Source: a virus
Virus record (IMG/VR): IMGVR_UViG_3300028859_000002
DNA: 43,191 bases
Direction: 5' to 3' (one strand)
This document shows, piece after piece, positions 11,201 through 19,596 of the stretch. The notes under the pieces were generated by a model. The model ran no database searches. It was not told the DNA's origin and saw only the letters and a list, made by a program, of their open reading frames with translations. The translations under genes were made by a program, and so were the position numbers. Each line of letters starts with the position of its first letter. Position 1 is the stretch's first letter.

Positions 11201-12203
11201 TTGCGACCGCGCCCTGAGTGACTGCATCGAGAGTACCTGTCACCGGCCCCGCCGCTTGGTTTTCAGGCCTGTTTGCCGATTCAGCGGCCTGCTGACTGCC
11301 CATGAGCAAAAGCTTCAGCCCATGCGCCTGGGCACCCCCCACCATCAATTCTGCGAGCTGTGGAGCGCTCTGAACGAGTTTGGCGAATGCCACACGTCCG
11401 GCTCTCGAGTAATTACCCTTTGTGATCTCTGAACTTACCGAATCATTTAAGTCTGAATTTTCGTCAGTGAAGGTCTTAGCCTGCCGATCAAAGAAGTCGG
11501 CGACCATGTTGCTCGTTGGAGCACTTGCCGCCAAGTTACCGAATTGATCAGGATATTTACTCGCTAGATAATTCTGAGGCCACGCGGCCATATTGTAAGC
11601 GAAATTTGGAATCCGAGCGGTATTCGCGAAAAGCTGATTCACGCCGGAACCAAGTGCGTCATAAGCGTCTTTTAGCATTCCGTATTCCTGAAGCTGATCG
11701 GACATGCTTTTGAGATTCGGCAAATCGTTTTTAATGAGCGGATAATGCAAAGGATTTTGCGCAACCCATGCGGCGAGCTTCGGATTTGATTGAACGAATT
11801 GCTCTGGCGAGAAATTAGCCTGGTTCATTTGCTTCTCGAAACCATCTGGATCTGTCTTAATGAATTCTGGAGCAATCCCAGTTTTCATGGATAAATTTAA
11901 AACTTTAGCAGCCTGATCTGGAGTTGATCCGTCGGTCGATGCAGCTTGAACTTTCGCAACGGTTTGAGCCTCTGTTCCCTCCGCAGACAAATCAAACGCA
12001 CCAATTGGGTATGGATTTGGAGCTTGAGGCGCAGTCGAAAGAACCCTAGTTTGAACTGGCTGAGGAGTCGGTGCAGGAGCTGGAGCGACTGGTGCAGGAG
12101 TTACGGAATTTTCTATTCCAGAACTCGCCGGAGCGGGACCAGCGTTTTGAGGTGGAGTCGTTGGCGCTACGTCCATTTTCTGAACTGAAAATTCATCTGC
12201 CAT
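5223..12203 (-). CDS. Giant internal virion / ejection protein (2326 aa) of polyvalent type, with an ART-like domain and a zincin HExxH metallopeptidase-like domain
   Basis: Single uninterrupted ORF in the position of T7 gp16. HETGH is encoded at 8961-8975 and is followed by EKIAEGFEKYLMEGKAPS. A segment HLSHGITDHF...GGEGVFGKHTYFDES...GYDGLIIRG (about 9369-9740) resembles ART-PolyVal domains. The N-terminus is Pro/Ala-rich and there is a hydrophobic stretch near the C-terminus. Confidence 0.8.
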   Translation of the reverse strand: MADEFSVQKMDVAPTTPPQNAGPAPASSGIENSVTPAPVAPAPAPTPQPVQTRVLSTAPQAPNPYPIGAFDLSAEGTEAQTVAKVQAASTDGSTPDQAAKVLNLSMKTGIAPEFIKTDPDGFEKQMNQANFSPEQFVQSNPKLAAWVAQNPLHYPLIKNDLPNLKSMSDQLQEYGMLKDAYDALGSGVNQLFANTARIPNFAYNMAAWPQNYLASKYPDQFGNLAASAPTSNMVADFFDRQAKTFTDENSDLNDSVSSEITKGNYSRAGRVAFAKLVQSAPQLAELMVGGAQAHGLKLLLMGSQQAAESANRPENQAAGPVTGTLDAVTQGAVAMGAGEVGTFGPMAKWGETLVQNYGKATAATVMKSFTNALTYSFTRDAGSMAAMSVANDLTDYATGVNKNALEGTFGRAIESGIIGGATGALMVSPSAVLSAHSSVHDIRQAQLQKDFYTSLGDTAEASQVKKTLPLKFQEIVDALTKNGPVEHVYVDPNAMTQLYQSKGPDELPKVLSDLNIGKEFDQAKDSGGMVKIPLSDWTTKIDPQDYKAMADHVTFDPGQPTVAEATKANDIARENEHHVANNGGSFNDLGRGVIEQVSQKLQATGMDKATADKNASIYNFFNVMAQSEGTTPEELFSRYNLDITRSLPDQLKSKNIDEFDPILNKLREGKIPSEREAYGQSLIDFMKGKGGVNTAGPGSDVQAMDIKGLTRKMGMDLDRAAEQAHEAGYLKEHSIPELLQRVAAESQGQKQYAEGNRHPEKADTREQMLEMDKYLRSQGIDIQNADNESIKKALETNRDSPKQAKDFFDFLQSNGLEKKSGPVFRGKLLGVAHLSHGITDHFINPEHVSNEIRYDGGEGVFGKHTYFDESGNWVAGDGGYRGQIAGDKVHSADLNFKKALLITPETIKSLPREILKMNGDEAVEWLKKNGYDGLIIRGMDDFGQPISDAAHAATLEKHGIGWMNSRPGETEEQARQRRIDTHAETAKFISDRTGGLENLSQWQDQVVSFYPHENAENVKYIGSKDAVSTKDIAAQEKRDRYQYYQNGDHDPMGGITFHPDKTTISLLKDANLSTFLHETGHFFTKVLNDLASRPDASERTKEINRALYDFAGAEHGSELTREQHEKIAEGFEKYLMEGKAPSSALREAFAAFKAWMIHAYKTLMAHPDVTLTPEVRNAFDRMIATDDEIADARNSVGLNPLFSDPHKFMTPEDAAKYAKTVQEARAAAEDNLTAKNMKAVERERSKQYKIERESVEREITAEVEARPEYRALDAIKSGELPNGQKVDLQLDRKTIVADYGKDIAKEMPRGTLTKDGLHYEQAAELLGFNSGHELVMALANAQPKDDLIRQETDNEMRQRYAYEDPTVNGQMQEEAMKSIHNAKESSRLAFELKWIMENKLGDYKELMRRIGKRVITAESFQKQADTITATLSTRDLKPYLYQRAETKAANEAMNQALKGAWDKAFEAKYQEFLNHELYKAVSESQADVQKSVDGFKDFNKKDDVLSKTRDMNLINAGRVILDQLGIGSVERGEKAQDYLEKLKKYGDVDQYNESVAQVQSLGQLKAYGDMPYGQFQAVREQLDALWDLAKMNRELDLQNERVDLNQAQEETRNQLADVKPGNFRKYRGEGGKTTKLEDLTTGALSIGSMLVRVEHFVDALSNGDINSPLYKYLWLPIKEASSKFRLANDAAQDRISDMNEKIFKKLSYERIEAPELGQTAEGENIFFPDQAHLMMAIAHSGNESNLKKLLIGRGWGSMDEEGNLDRSQWDEFLKRAMTDGSVTKDMMDWVQGMWDLNESLLPDAQKAHYKRYGRYFDTVEHTPVQTPFGDYKGGYIPAAADRDLTKTGYTDQVIRQGKAILESDSGYSLLPGSSNGFTKKRVDNYNVPLSLDPGLIGSHVREVLKFTHMDPTIYQVGRLILDRGVSKGFDSILPEATKKVLIPFLDRAKQQTTGKPGSNRYLDQAMNYLRTNNSAMVFFLNARNTLMMFHGIPMAMSKEIPASYTARGFLSYMQDAKGTQEMISEKSPWMSSRFNDRSTTMRKTLYDIANGTGTASDIKKYIVANSFFTQHAVQNVVDVGMWKASYDHAISQGHAEDQAIAKADAVISQTQHNMEPISISSAEHTTPLVKSLLGFYSFQNLKLNLQAGEYYKALKFQGIKQAAFRALPIFAYTSAIPAMMMTTAAIALSGKAWDESGDGAWQAFASKVGQNIGRDTLAEIPIVGSMVDSMLHEKRKGEADRLNSPALDALYAGIHAPGEIKNAIHSGKWDDKSIKDSLTLMSLISGVPVTPLAKPVSYLNQVNSGNAHPTGPIDFTRGLITGQKGR

Positions 12204-14035
12204 TACTGGCCTCCCATGATGGCTCTAACTTGTTGAGCATTTGCACCACGGATATAAGCACCATAGGCCTTCTCGAAATTATTTTTATATTTAGAAGTTG
12301 CCACATCAAGCGGAGTATTGACTGGAATACCTCCGGCCTGAACGCCCATTTGATACAGTTGTTGAGTTTGATTTTGTGGAATATTCTGAACGCGAACTCT
12401 GATGTTTCCGCGCTGATCGGGTGGAACTTGAAACAACAGTTTGTCTTGCTCTGAATTTCCGAACATTCCAGGAGTCGAAGTAAATACCTTTTGTGTCGCA
12501 ATTTTATTTGAAATTGCTTGAACTTCATCCGGCTTGAGTGGGCGACCTTGGAGTTGTTGTTGAGTGTCGATCTCAGTTTGAACCGCACTCTTGTAATCAT
12601 CGTAAGCTTGTCTTACTGGAGCATCAAAATTATTATATTTCTGACCAGGTTGTGCGCCATTTATTCGAGTATTCGTGAAAGACTGAAGCGCTATACCGTC
12701 AATCCCAAATAACTGATTTGCTTTTGCAAGCGCTGCCTGATTTCCGCCAATACCTTCTCGAGCTTGAATCCACTGAGCTTGAACTTTTTGATAATCATAA
12801 TCGCTTAAGTTTGGACGAACTTTAAGTGCCATTTCTGCCTGAGAAACTTGTCCAAGTTGAGCAGGAGGCATGCTTGAATATTGCTGCAAAATCTTATCGT
12901 TGGTCTGAATCGGTTGAGCGCCATTCGTATTATTTGCGAGTTTCTTAATGGCATCTGAAGTCGCTGGATCAAGTTGTTGCTGAATTGACAACGGAACTTG
13001 GTCAAAATTTCCTGTTTTTGTGACAATATCTATAGCTTGCATTGCGGTTTGATCGCGCTGCGTTTGGGTTTGTTTATCCTTGATAGACATGAGGGTCTTA
13101 ACTCGTTCACGCGTTTGATCCTGTAATTTTTGATCTTTGATTCCTTCGATCTCAGATTCCGCAGAACTCATATCCGAATGATTCGCTACAATTCCTTGAG
13201 CCGTAGTTTGAGCGGTTTGCTGCAAAACTCCTTCTTGAACAAGCTTATCCATTGCGATAGAAGTTTTTGAATCGGTGATTTGATTTTTAATAGACTCGTA
13301 ATAATCTTTTCCTTGATCGGCTTGACCATTAGCAAAATATTTCTCAACCACCCCTGAATACATTTTACTTAAGGCGTTTCCTTGAGCTGCATTTATTTCA
13401 TCAGTGCTTTGACCATGAGTAAATCCGTAGGCCTGAGCGGTTTTTATGATTTCTTCTTTTGCCGCGTTTACAGCATCAGAATCGCTGTATTGTTGAACCC
13501 CACTGTTCACTGAATTTTCAAGTGAAGTGTCGTAAGTAGCTTGCTGAAAACGAGTCTGCTCTGCGCTGATATGAGTTTGAAGAACCTTGTTTTGAACATC
13601 CCAAGAATCAGACGCAGCATTTGCAAAAAATTGTTTCTGCTGAGGTGTGGGCAAGTTCGACATTTTATCAGAAACCCAGTCATTATATGACTGCTGATAC
13701 TGATCAAAAACAGCGTGTGCATTTTGTCCAGATCCCTGAATCTTTTCAAGAGCACCAGGAACGTGCTGACCTGTGGTTGGATCTGTGTAACCATACAGAC
13801 CGTTCGACTTGAACGTGTCAACCTCGTTCTTATTCTGCATGTTCGCAGCAAGTGTCGCCGTATTGAAAGATTGTTTAGCAAGTCCCTCAACTGTATTTCC
13901 AAGATTTGCGATTGCAGCCTCTGGACCAGTCTGAACGCTTCCACCGCCAAAAGCCTCGAGCGGAGCTTGCGTATTTACATTCGGAGTTGGAAAGTTAGTT
14001 TCCTGAAGTTGTGTATTGAACTCTTGATTAGGCAC
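12203..14035 (-). CDS. Internal virion protein, Gln-rich and helical (610 aa from GTG 14035; the ORF is open to 14089)
   Basis: Long ORF in the position of T7 gp15. GTG at 14035 lies 6 nt after GGGAGGAG, whereas the upstream ATGs (14077, 14089) have no RBS and overlap the preceding gene by 50-62 nt. Its stop overlaps the next start (TAATG). Confidence 0.7.
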   Translation of the reverse strand: MPNQEFNTQLQETNFPTPNVNTQAPLEAFGGGSVQTGPEAAIANLGNTVEGLAKQSFNTATLAANMQNKNEVDTFKSNGLYGYTDPTTGQHVPGALEKIQGSGQNAHAVFDQYQQSYNDWVSDKMSNLPTPQQKQFFANAASDSWDVQNKVLQTHISAEQTRFQQATYDTSLENSVNSGVQQYSDSDAVNAAKEEIIKTAQAYGFTHGQSTDEINAAQGNALSKMYSGVVEKYFANGQADQGKDYYESIKNQITDSKTSIAMDKLVQEGVLQQTAQTTAQGIVANHSDMSSAESEIEGIKDQKLQDQTRERVKTLMSIKDKQTQTQRDQTAMQAIDIVTKTGNFDQVPLSIQQQLDPATSDAIKKLANNTNGAQPIQTNDKILQQYSSMPPAQLGQVSQAEMALKVRPNLSDYDYQKVQAQWIQAREGIGGNQAALAKANQLFGIDGIALQSFTNTRINGAQPGQKYNNFDAPVRQAYDDYKSAVQTEIDTQQQLQGRPLKPDEVQAISNKIATQKVFTSTPGMFGNSEQDKLLFQVPPDQRGNIRVRVQNIPQNQTQQLYQMGVQAGGIPVNTPLDVATSKYKNNFEKAYGAYIRGANAQQVRAIMGGQ

Positions 14036-14684
14036 TGAAGGCTCCTCCCATTCCGTAGTACCCGGCTTTTGAGCCATATGCAGCCGCATTTAGACCGCCA
14101 GTGAGAAGAGTAGACGTAGATTGGCCTTGAGCTGCGATTTCGCCAATTTGCGCTTCGCCTTGTTCTTGGGTAGCGCTAACTTCATAGCCCCATGCCTGTC
14201 TTGCAGCATTATTACGAGCCGTAAGAGCATCGAGGGCGGTCATAGCCTGAGTTGAACTTTGAGTTGCGGCGGCAGAACCAGCGTTTACGTTTACGCCGCC
14301 CGCTGCTTCGCTTGTTCGCTCGGCACCAACTTGTTGCTGACCTGATCGCTCGATTTGTTCGGCTTGATGTTCTCCTTCATCTAGCGCACCCTGGGCTTGA
14401 ACCTGAGCAATCTGTGCTTTGAAGTTTAACTGCTGAGATGCATACTTCGCCTGCATTTGAAGTGCATTTGACTGAAAGATAGAAGATGCAATAGAACTGA
14501 ACGCGTTTAGAGCCATTCCGCCTGCGGCGATTCCATTGGGACTTATTCCACCACCACCGGGTTGAGGGATGCTAAGAACTGGATTAGAAATGTCAGCTCC
14601 ATAGGGATTCGTTCCAACTCCGAGAGACGGATCAACTCCCCATGAATTTCCACTTATAGGCGCGTTGTAATCAAAAGCACTCAT
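14028..14684 (-). CDS. Internal virion protein (218 aa), Gly/Ala/Gln-rich
   Basis: ORF coupled to the upstream gene (ATGA overlap at 14681-14684). Low-complexity composition typical of podovirus core proteins. Sits in the gp13/gp14-equivalent position. Confidence 0.6.
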   Translation of the reverse strand: MSAFDYNAPISGNSWGVDPSLGVGTNPYGADISNPVLSIPQPGGGGISPNGIAAGGMALNAFSSIASSIFQSNALQMQAKYASQQLNFKAQIAQVQAQGALDEGEHQAEQIERSGQQQVGAERTSEAAGGVNVNAGSAAATQSSTQAMTALDALTARNNAARQAWGYEVSATQEQGEAQIGEIAAQGQSTSTLLTGGLNAAAYGSKAGYYGMGGAFSA

Positions 14685-17569
14685 TTCTTGCTCCCTCCAC
14701 CCATCGGAATGTCGCCTGATGGAATGATCGATAAAATAGCCAAAGGAATAGGATCTACTCCACGAACGAAAACACGACCATTTCTATTGTCTGTCGTCAT
14801 GATGTTCACTTTTACAACGTCATCATGGAGACTAACCGGCTGTTCATAATTCTCTTCATTTCTAACTTTGTATTCCATCAGATTGCACAATGGATCTTCA
14901 TTTGATAAATCAATAAGTGGATCGTTTGCGGAAGCGAGCTGACCGATTCCTGCGAAAAATCCTCGTGACTGATTCAAGTTCACGGCGACCTGATTAATCC
15001 GTTTCGAGTAAAGTCTGATCGCAGAGTCACTAGGAGAATCAATATCAAGCGTTTCTAGATCGGAAATGTACGGTAGACCAACTTGAATAATTCCATAAGG
15101 ACGCGGAAGGGTTATGTAACCATTTGTCACTGTAAGCTGAGTTTCAAATTCATCATTATTTGGACTGGCAATAACATACCCATCTCCAAAAACCGAAACC
15201 GTTTGTCCTTCTAAATGCCAGAGTCCCTGTAAAATACTGATTGAAGTAGCCCACTGCCAGAGAGCAACGTCTTGCATGTCAACTGGATAGTTTGGACCGG
15301 ATGGAAATCCTTGCACTACCGTAGTGCTCACATAAGCCGTAATGTTGAACTGATAAACCTCGCCCGTTCCAGGATCTTGAAACTGAAGCCCCTGGCCCAC
15401 CATTCCCGCATTAAATAATGGAACGGATCCGGTCGCATCAAGCAAGTCTTCTGAAGTCCATCCACCCGTTGTCGTCGTAAGCGTAATTGTTGGACCACCG
15501 ATATCGGCAGGAGTTGTGTTCCAGCCATTATAAGAAATGTTAGAATCAACTCCAACGAAATTTTGAATTTCAGTCTGAGTTCTAGTATCAAGTTTTTCAA
15601 CGTAGCGCTTGGTTACTCCATTGATCACACGGCGAATAACCATGTAAACAGAATCCTCATTGATAAAAGGATCAGGAATTGAAACCACATTCTCTACGAA
15701 ACCAGCCTGATAGGTGTTCTGGAAATCGTGTCTGTGCCAGCCCCATATTTGCTGTTCTTTAACGTAGGTAAGCCCAAGCAAAATACCGTCTTCTCGAACT
15801 GCCCAGACAATTGAGTTTGGAATTTGCTGATAACACCAATCAACAATCGTGTGATTTTCAAACAAATGACTTGAGAAAATTGTCAAATCATTCCCAATGT
15901 AACCCTGCGTCTGCCACATGAACGCTAGATCTCGAACGATGTTTCCGCGAGCTTGAACATAGAGCGCTGTCTGACCAATCACGATTGGTTTTAAATCAGT
16001 GCAACCATAAGCCGTTTGTTGTTGAAGGTAAATATTTGATGGTGTGATGGCACCCTGACTTTGACTATTCACGGCCCATTCACCTTTTTCGGTAAGGATA
16101 ATCATTCCGCCAAGATCCAATATGTGCTTGATCGGATTAATCTGAGAACCAACCATATCGAATTCAACGCCATCAGACGCAATCGAAGGAATGGAGACAT
16201 TAAAATTCAAATATTTTCCCGTCTGACTCATCTCTACTCGCTCAGGAAAATTAACTAAATTCCCATAAGTAAGCCGCTGTTGAACATAGGCCACACAACC
16301 GGGATTACCGCCGATTGATGTAATGAATGGATTTCTGAAAGTTTGAGGAGGCTGTGCTTGGTCAGGATCGGCACCAGTATCGACAAAAGAATACGTTGGT
16401 CCAAATGACGTGTACCCTATCGAACTTGGTCCTGTTCCACTAACTTTTGTTAATGTGCCACTTGCCGGAGGGATTGTTGTTCCAGATACCCATAGCGTTG
16501 AGCTTGCTGTCGTAGTGTTCACAACGGTATAATTTTCTCCTCCCGTTGAGTAAATTGCTCCCGCTGTTACACTTTCGATTGCCGTTAAATTAAAAAAAGC
16601 CCCCGATGGAGTGCCCGTAGTAGATCCAATGAAACCGTAAGAATTACTTCCAGCGGCATCCATTGTTTTATAAACATTGTATAAAATATTGGTCAATTGG
16701 CCTTCAAAATAAATGGTATTTGGATTCGTCCCGGTAGCAGTACCAGGCGCAGTAAGTGCAACCGATGGCAACGACTCCTCGTAACTGACTTCATTGATCG
16801 CACTTACAACGTATGAATTTTGCGGCGTACTTGATGGGCCAGCGATTTCAAAAATTGACGGATAGAAAGTGTTCACTCCAATTACGGTCGGTGCCATTGT
16901 CCAATCGGTATTACTTACAAAATTTAACTGCTGAGCTATATAGTCACTGTGTGCAAATTCCATCACGTCGATGGATTGAGCGAATTTTACAAGCGGTAGG
17001 TCTGTATAGGCATAAGGCGTTCCGATTTCATAAATCTCAAGTGCCTTGCCACCGCTCGTATAAGCAGAAAACGTGCTCGAGTTAATGTTATTGCCAGATA
17101 GGTCTTTAATTTTAAAACTCGTACCAGTTTCGCCATAGGTTTCAAACGTCCTGTTATTCAACTGCCACATTCCACCGATTCCAGTCAAGTAAACTTGTTC
17201 GGCAATGTACACATTTGAAGTAACCGTCACGATGGTCTCACCACCAACCGATTGAATATTCGTGATCGTTTCAGACAAATCAGTAACGTATTGATCTTGA
17301 TAAATCACTCTAAAATAATTCTGACCAGCCTCAAGAACGTAATTTACGGTTTCTGATACTTCAAATGGAAATAATCTCACCGTGTCGGCAGAGTTCATGA
17401 CTTCGCCCAGGTAATTCGTTCCGGGACGATTGGCAGCGCCACCGCTCTTCATAATGAGAAAATTCCTAAGCGTCCTTAGACCTTCAGTGTATTTACTCTC
17501 ATCACAGCGAGCATAGAGCTTTGGCGATAACTCGCCACCTACGAATGATCTTTGGGCTACTGAACTCAC
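14681..17569 (-). CDS. Tail tubular protein B-like (nozzle), 962 aa
   Basis: GTG start overlapping the upstream stop (GTGA). The N-terminus FVGGELSPKLYARCDESKYTEGLRTLRNFLIMKSGGAANRPGT follows the GG.S....R.D......GL....N......G....RP pattern of T7 gp12-type proteins. Size and position fit. Confidence 0.7.
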   Translation of the reverse strand: MSSVAQRSFVGGELSPKLYARCDESKYTEGLRTLRNFLIMKSGGAANRPGTNYLGEVMNSADTVRLFPFEVSETVNYVLEAGQNYFRVIYQDQYVTDLSETITNIQSVGGETIVTVTSNVYIAEQVYLTGIGGMWQLNNRTFETYGETGTSFKIKDLSGNNINSSTFSAYTSGGKALEIYEIGTPYAYTDLPLVKFAQSIDVMEFAHSDYIAQQLNFVSNTDWTMAPTVIGVNTFYPSIFEIAGPSSTPQNSYVVSAINEVSYEESLPSVALTAPGTATGTNPNTIYFEGQLTNILYNVYKTMDAAGSNSYGFIGSTTGTPSGAFFNLTAIESVTAGAIYSTGGENYTVVNTTTASSTLWVSGTTIPPASGTLTKVSGTGPSSIGYTSFGPTYSFVDTGADPDQAQPPQTFRNPFITSIGGNPGCVAYVQQRLTYGNLVNFPERVEMSQTGKYLNFNVSIPSIASDGVEFDMVGSQINPIKHILDLGGMIILTEKGEWAVNSQSQGAITPSNIYLQQQTAYGCTDLKPIVIGQTALYVQARGNIVRDLAFMWQTQGYIGNDLTIFSSHLFENHTIVDWCYQQIPNSIVWAVREDGILLGLTYVKEQQIWGWHRHDFQNTYQAGFVENVVSIPDPFINEDSVYMVIRRVINGVTKRYVEKLDTRTQTEIQNFVGVDSNISYNGWNTTPADIGGPTITLTTTTGGWTSEDLLDATGSVPLFNAGMVGQGLQFQDPGTGEVYQFNITAYVSTTVVQGFPSGPNYPVDMQDVALWQWATSISILQGLWHLEGQTVSVFGDGYVIASPNNDEFETQLTVTNGYITLPRPYGIIQVGLPYISDLETLDIDSPSDSAIRLYSKRINQVAVNLNQSRGFFAGIGQLASANDPLIDLSNEDPLCNLMEYKVRNEENYEQPVSLHDDVVKVNIMTTDNRNGRVFVRGVDPIPLAILSIIPSGDIPMGGGSKK

Positions 17570-18330
17570 CAGTCACCATCCCAACCACCACCCCAGCCAC
17601 CGTCTCGCCCCCACCGTCCGGTTGTCATTCTAGCTCTAATCCATTCTGCCTCTGGTTCGCGGTCAACCTGTTCTTCTTGGGCAGAGTTGTCTTGGGCTTT
17701 TGCGAGTTCCATTTGATACAGACCCATCATTTTCTGAGTCAGATTAAATGGATCACCCGCAGTAATGATTGGTGCGATATTCGAAGCAAGCCTTAATGCC
17801 GCAGACATGATAAAATCAACCGTGTAAGAGCTTGAGTTTGGATTTTGAAACGTGTATTCAATTTCAGCCGCAAACCATGGTCCAGGAAGATTCGATGGCG
17901 AAGGACCAGACCCAAACGATTGACCACAATTAACGCCCCAGTCGGTATAAATCAAATTGCTGGATGGATCATTGGGATTCGAAACCACTTTAAAAGGAAC
18001 TCTGGACTCTCTGGTATCTGTCCTGCGATAGCTTAAGATCCTTCTAACCTTAAGACAGTCGGCAGGATACCCATAGGCAAATCTCCACTCACGCGTCGGG
18101 CAACGCTGAACCAGTGGCAATGTCGCGAACTTAGTCGCAAACGTCCACCAATAATCCTCGAGCGTTTGAGTGACCGTGATCGCGTAAAACTGACGACAGG
18201 CATTAGCTTCAGCCGAGCGCTCTGTCGTCAGATTCGCAATCTGCTTATTGATTCCTAGACGGGCAATCGCAATATTCGATATATTTGTCGCCGTGTCGTC
18301 AAAATTCAGAATCGTATTCTGATTCTGCAT
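17566..18330 (-). CDS. Tail tubular protein A-like (adaptor/gatekeeper), 254 aa
   Basis: N-terminus NIAIARLG...I..L....SAEANACRQFY......L....W.FA resembles T7 gp11-type proteins. It lies immediately upstream of the tubular B-like gene. Confidence 0.6.
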   Translation of the reverse strand: MQNQNTILNFDDTATNISNIAIARLGINKQIANLTTERSAEANACRQFYAITVTQTLEDYWWTFATKFATLPLVQRCPTREWRFAYGYPADCLKVRRILSYRRTDTRESRVPFKVVSNPNDPSSNLIYTDWGVNCGQSFGSGPSPSNLPGPWFAAEIEYTFQNPNSSSYTVDFIMSAALRLASNIAPIITAGDPFNLTQKMMGLYQMELAKAQDNSAQEEQVDREPEAEWIRARMTTGRWGRDGGWGGGWDGDW

Positions 18331-18656
18331 TAAGTGAAGTTCCCTACTGCTAATACCGATACGCTTGCTCCAGTATTAACCGCCCATGGACCAACTCTTG
18401 ATCTTATTCCAAGCAGAACAACAAAAGGTTTTATATCCGAAATCGTTCCACCCACAAAAATAGTGATCGCAGTTCCAGTGGAACTGTCTCGAATCTGAAC
18501 CGTACCGGGTGTGGTAGTCGCAGGAATAATAACCAATTCCGAAATAATGTCACCCTGAGATCCTGCACCGTTTGGACTCTCTAAAACTTGCCAACTGGAA
18601 GACGCAGGAACTAGTTGAAAACTTGTACTAAAAGCGCCTAATAAACCATTTCCCAT
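18330..18656 (-). CDS. Small virion-module protein (108 aa), hypothetical
   Basis: GGAGG RBS at 18662-18666. Its stop overlaps the next start (TAATG). Beta-rich composition. Confidence 0.6.
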   Translation of the reverse strand: MGNGLLGAFSTSFQLVPASSSWQVLESPNGAGSQGDIISELVIIPATTTPGTVQIRDSSTGTAITIFVGGTISDIKPFVVLLGIRSRVGPWAVNTGASVSVLAVGNFT

Positions 18657-18674
18657 CTGATCCTCCTTTTTTTA

Positions 18675-18713
18675 GAGTGAGGCCTGAGTGTCATAACTAC
18701 CCAAGCCTCACAC
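18675..18713 (-). other. Intergenic stem-loop between two late genes; possible RNA processing or stability element
   Basis: GTGAGGC (18677-18683) pairs with GCCTCAC (18705-18711) around a 21-nt loop. On the minus strand it is followed by an A-run and GGAGG, not a U-run. Confidence 0.3.
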
Positions 18714-18723
18714 TATAGGTCAT

Positions 18724-19074
18724 TTAAATAACAGCATCCGAGTCGTGACCTTCGCTCAGTTCTGTATCGTCAAGCTCCGCTTCCTGCTCGACATCATCGT
18801 CAGGATTGCTAGGTTCTTCATCCTCGTGTGGAGGTGGTGCTTTAACAGTTGGAAGTAATTTGACTACCTTTTTACCGTTCGACTTAAGCAGATTGTGCTT
18901 GTGGCGTTCCCACAATTTTGGATCTGATTGAAGCGCGGTATCGAGAGCAGAATCAAGAGACTTCATCCATACTGACGAAAATTCTTTCGCTTTCTTGATG
19001 AAGAAAACCTTTCCCTCTGTTCTGCGTTGGTCGCCATAATAACCGTCTGCTAAGGCCTTTACTTTGTACGCCAT
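18724..19074 (-). CDS. Hypothetical late protein (116 aa) with a strongly acidic C-terminal tail
   Basis: ATG at 19074. The C-terminus is PPPHEDEEPSNPDDDVEQEAELDDTELSEGHDSDAVI. Position is between the cement-like and connector genes. Confidence 0.6.
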   Translation of the reverse strand: MAYKVKALADGYYGDQRRTEGKVFFIKKAKEFSSVWMKSLDSALDTALQSDPKLWERHKHNLLKSNGKKVVKLLPTVKAPPPHEDEEPSNPDDDVEQEAELDDTELSEGHDSDAVI

Positions 19075-19086
19075 GTGATCTCCTAA

Positions 19087-19521
19087 TTAATGGCCAGCGA
19101 TTACGAATCCAGACGGATAGTCTGTGTACGCATCGATAGCTTCCTGAGGTTGCAAGTATGAACTCAGGGTGATGGTTGGTGATGTTCCACCAAGGATATA
19201 GTACAAGCGCAAGAATTCAAGCGTTGTAACTAAACCCTCTGGAAGTGGGATAAAGATTTGAGCGCCAGCCACAAGCGTCGCCGCAGGGATTGTCACGTCA
19301 AACAAGTTCACAGTACTTCCAAAACCGCTTGATGCAGACGACTGTAATTGGAACTCGTAAGTTCCACCTGACGCCGCTGTCACACTCACGGTAATTAAAA
19401 CACCGAGCTGTTCACCTTGTTGAATCTGACGAGATTCGCTCAGATCGATATAGTTAGTTGACGCCGCAGTAGCAGTGAGTGCTACATTGGAGTCGAATTG
19501 GTTTTGTGCATCTAAAATCAT
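19087..19521 (-). CDS. Bbp16-like capsid cement/decoration protein (144 aa from ATG 19521)
   Basis: AAGGAG RBS before ATG 19521. The pattern MILDAQNQFDSNVALTATAASTNYIDLS....G..L.....V...A.GGTY.F.LQSS....F.....L......PAA.L.AG matches my memory of the BPP-1 Bbp16 cement family. Directly downstream of the capsid gene. Confidence 0.6.
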   Translation of the reverse strand: MILDAQNQFDSNVALTATAASTNYIDLSESRQIQQGEQLGVLITVSVTAASGGTYEFQLQSSASSGFGSTVNLFDVTIPAATLVAGAQIFIPLPEGLVTTLEFLRLYYILGGTSPTITLSSYLQPQEAIDAYTDYPSGFVIAGH

Positions 19522-19552
19522 TTTAGTCTCCTTTAATAAGTTTTTGGTTATT

Positions 19553-19585
19553 ACAGAGGCTCCGGAAAAATTCCGGAACCCCTGT
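19553..19585 (-). terminator. Strong stem-loop just downstream of the major capsid gene; possible attenuator or mRNA stabiliser
   Basis: TCCGGAA (19561-19567) pairs with TTCCGGA (19571-19577), extended by ACAG.GG / CC.CTGT. No U-tract follows on the minus strand, so it is not a classic intrinsic terminator. Confidence 0.3.
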
Positions 19586-19596
19586 ATCAATAAAAT

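Noticed and set aside
12071-12712. Overlapping ORFs at the junction of the 2326-aa and 628-aa genes (12071-12454 plus, 12193-12600 minus, 12518-12712 plus).
   Set aside because: They are shadow ORFs nested in or antisense to long, well-supported structural genes. They have no independent start signals.
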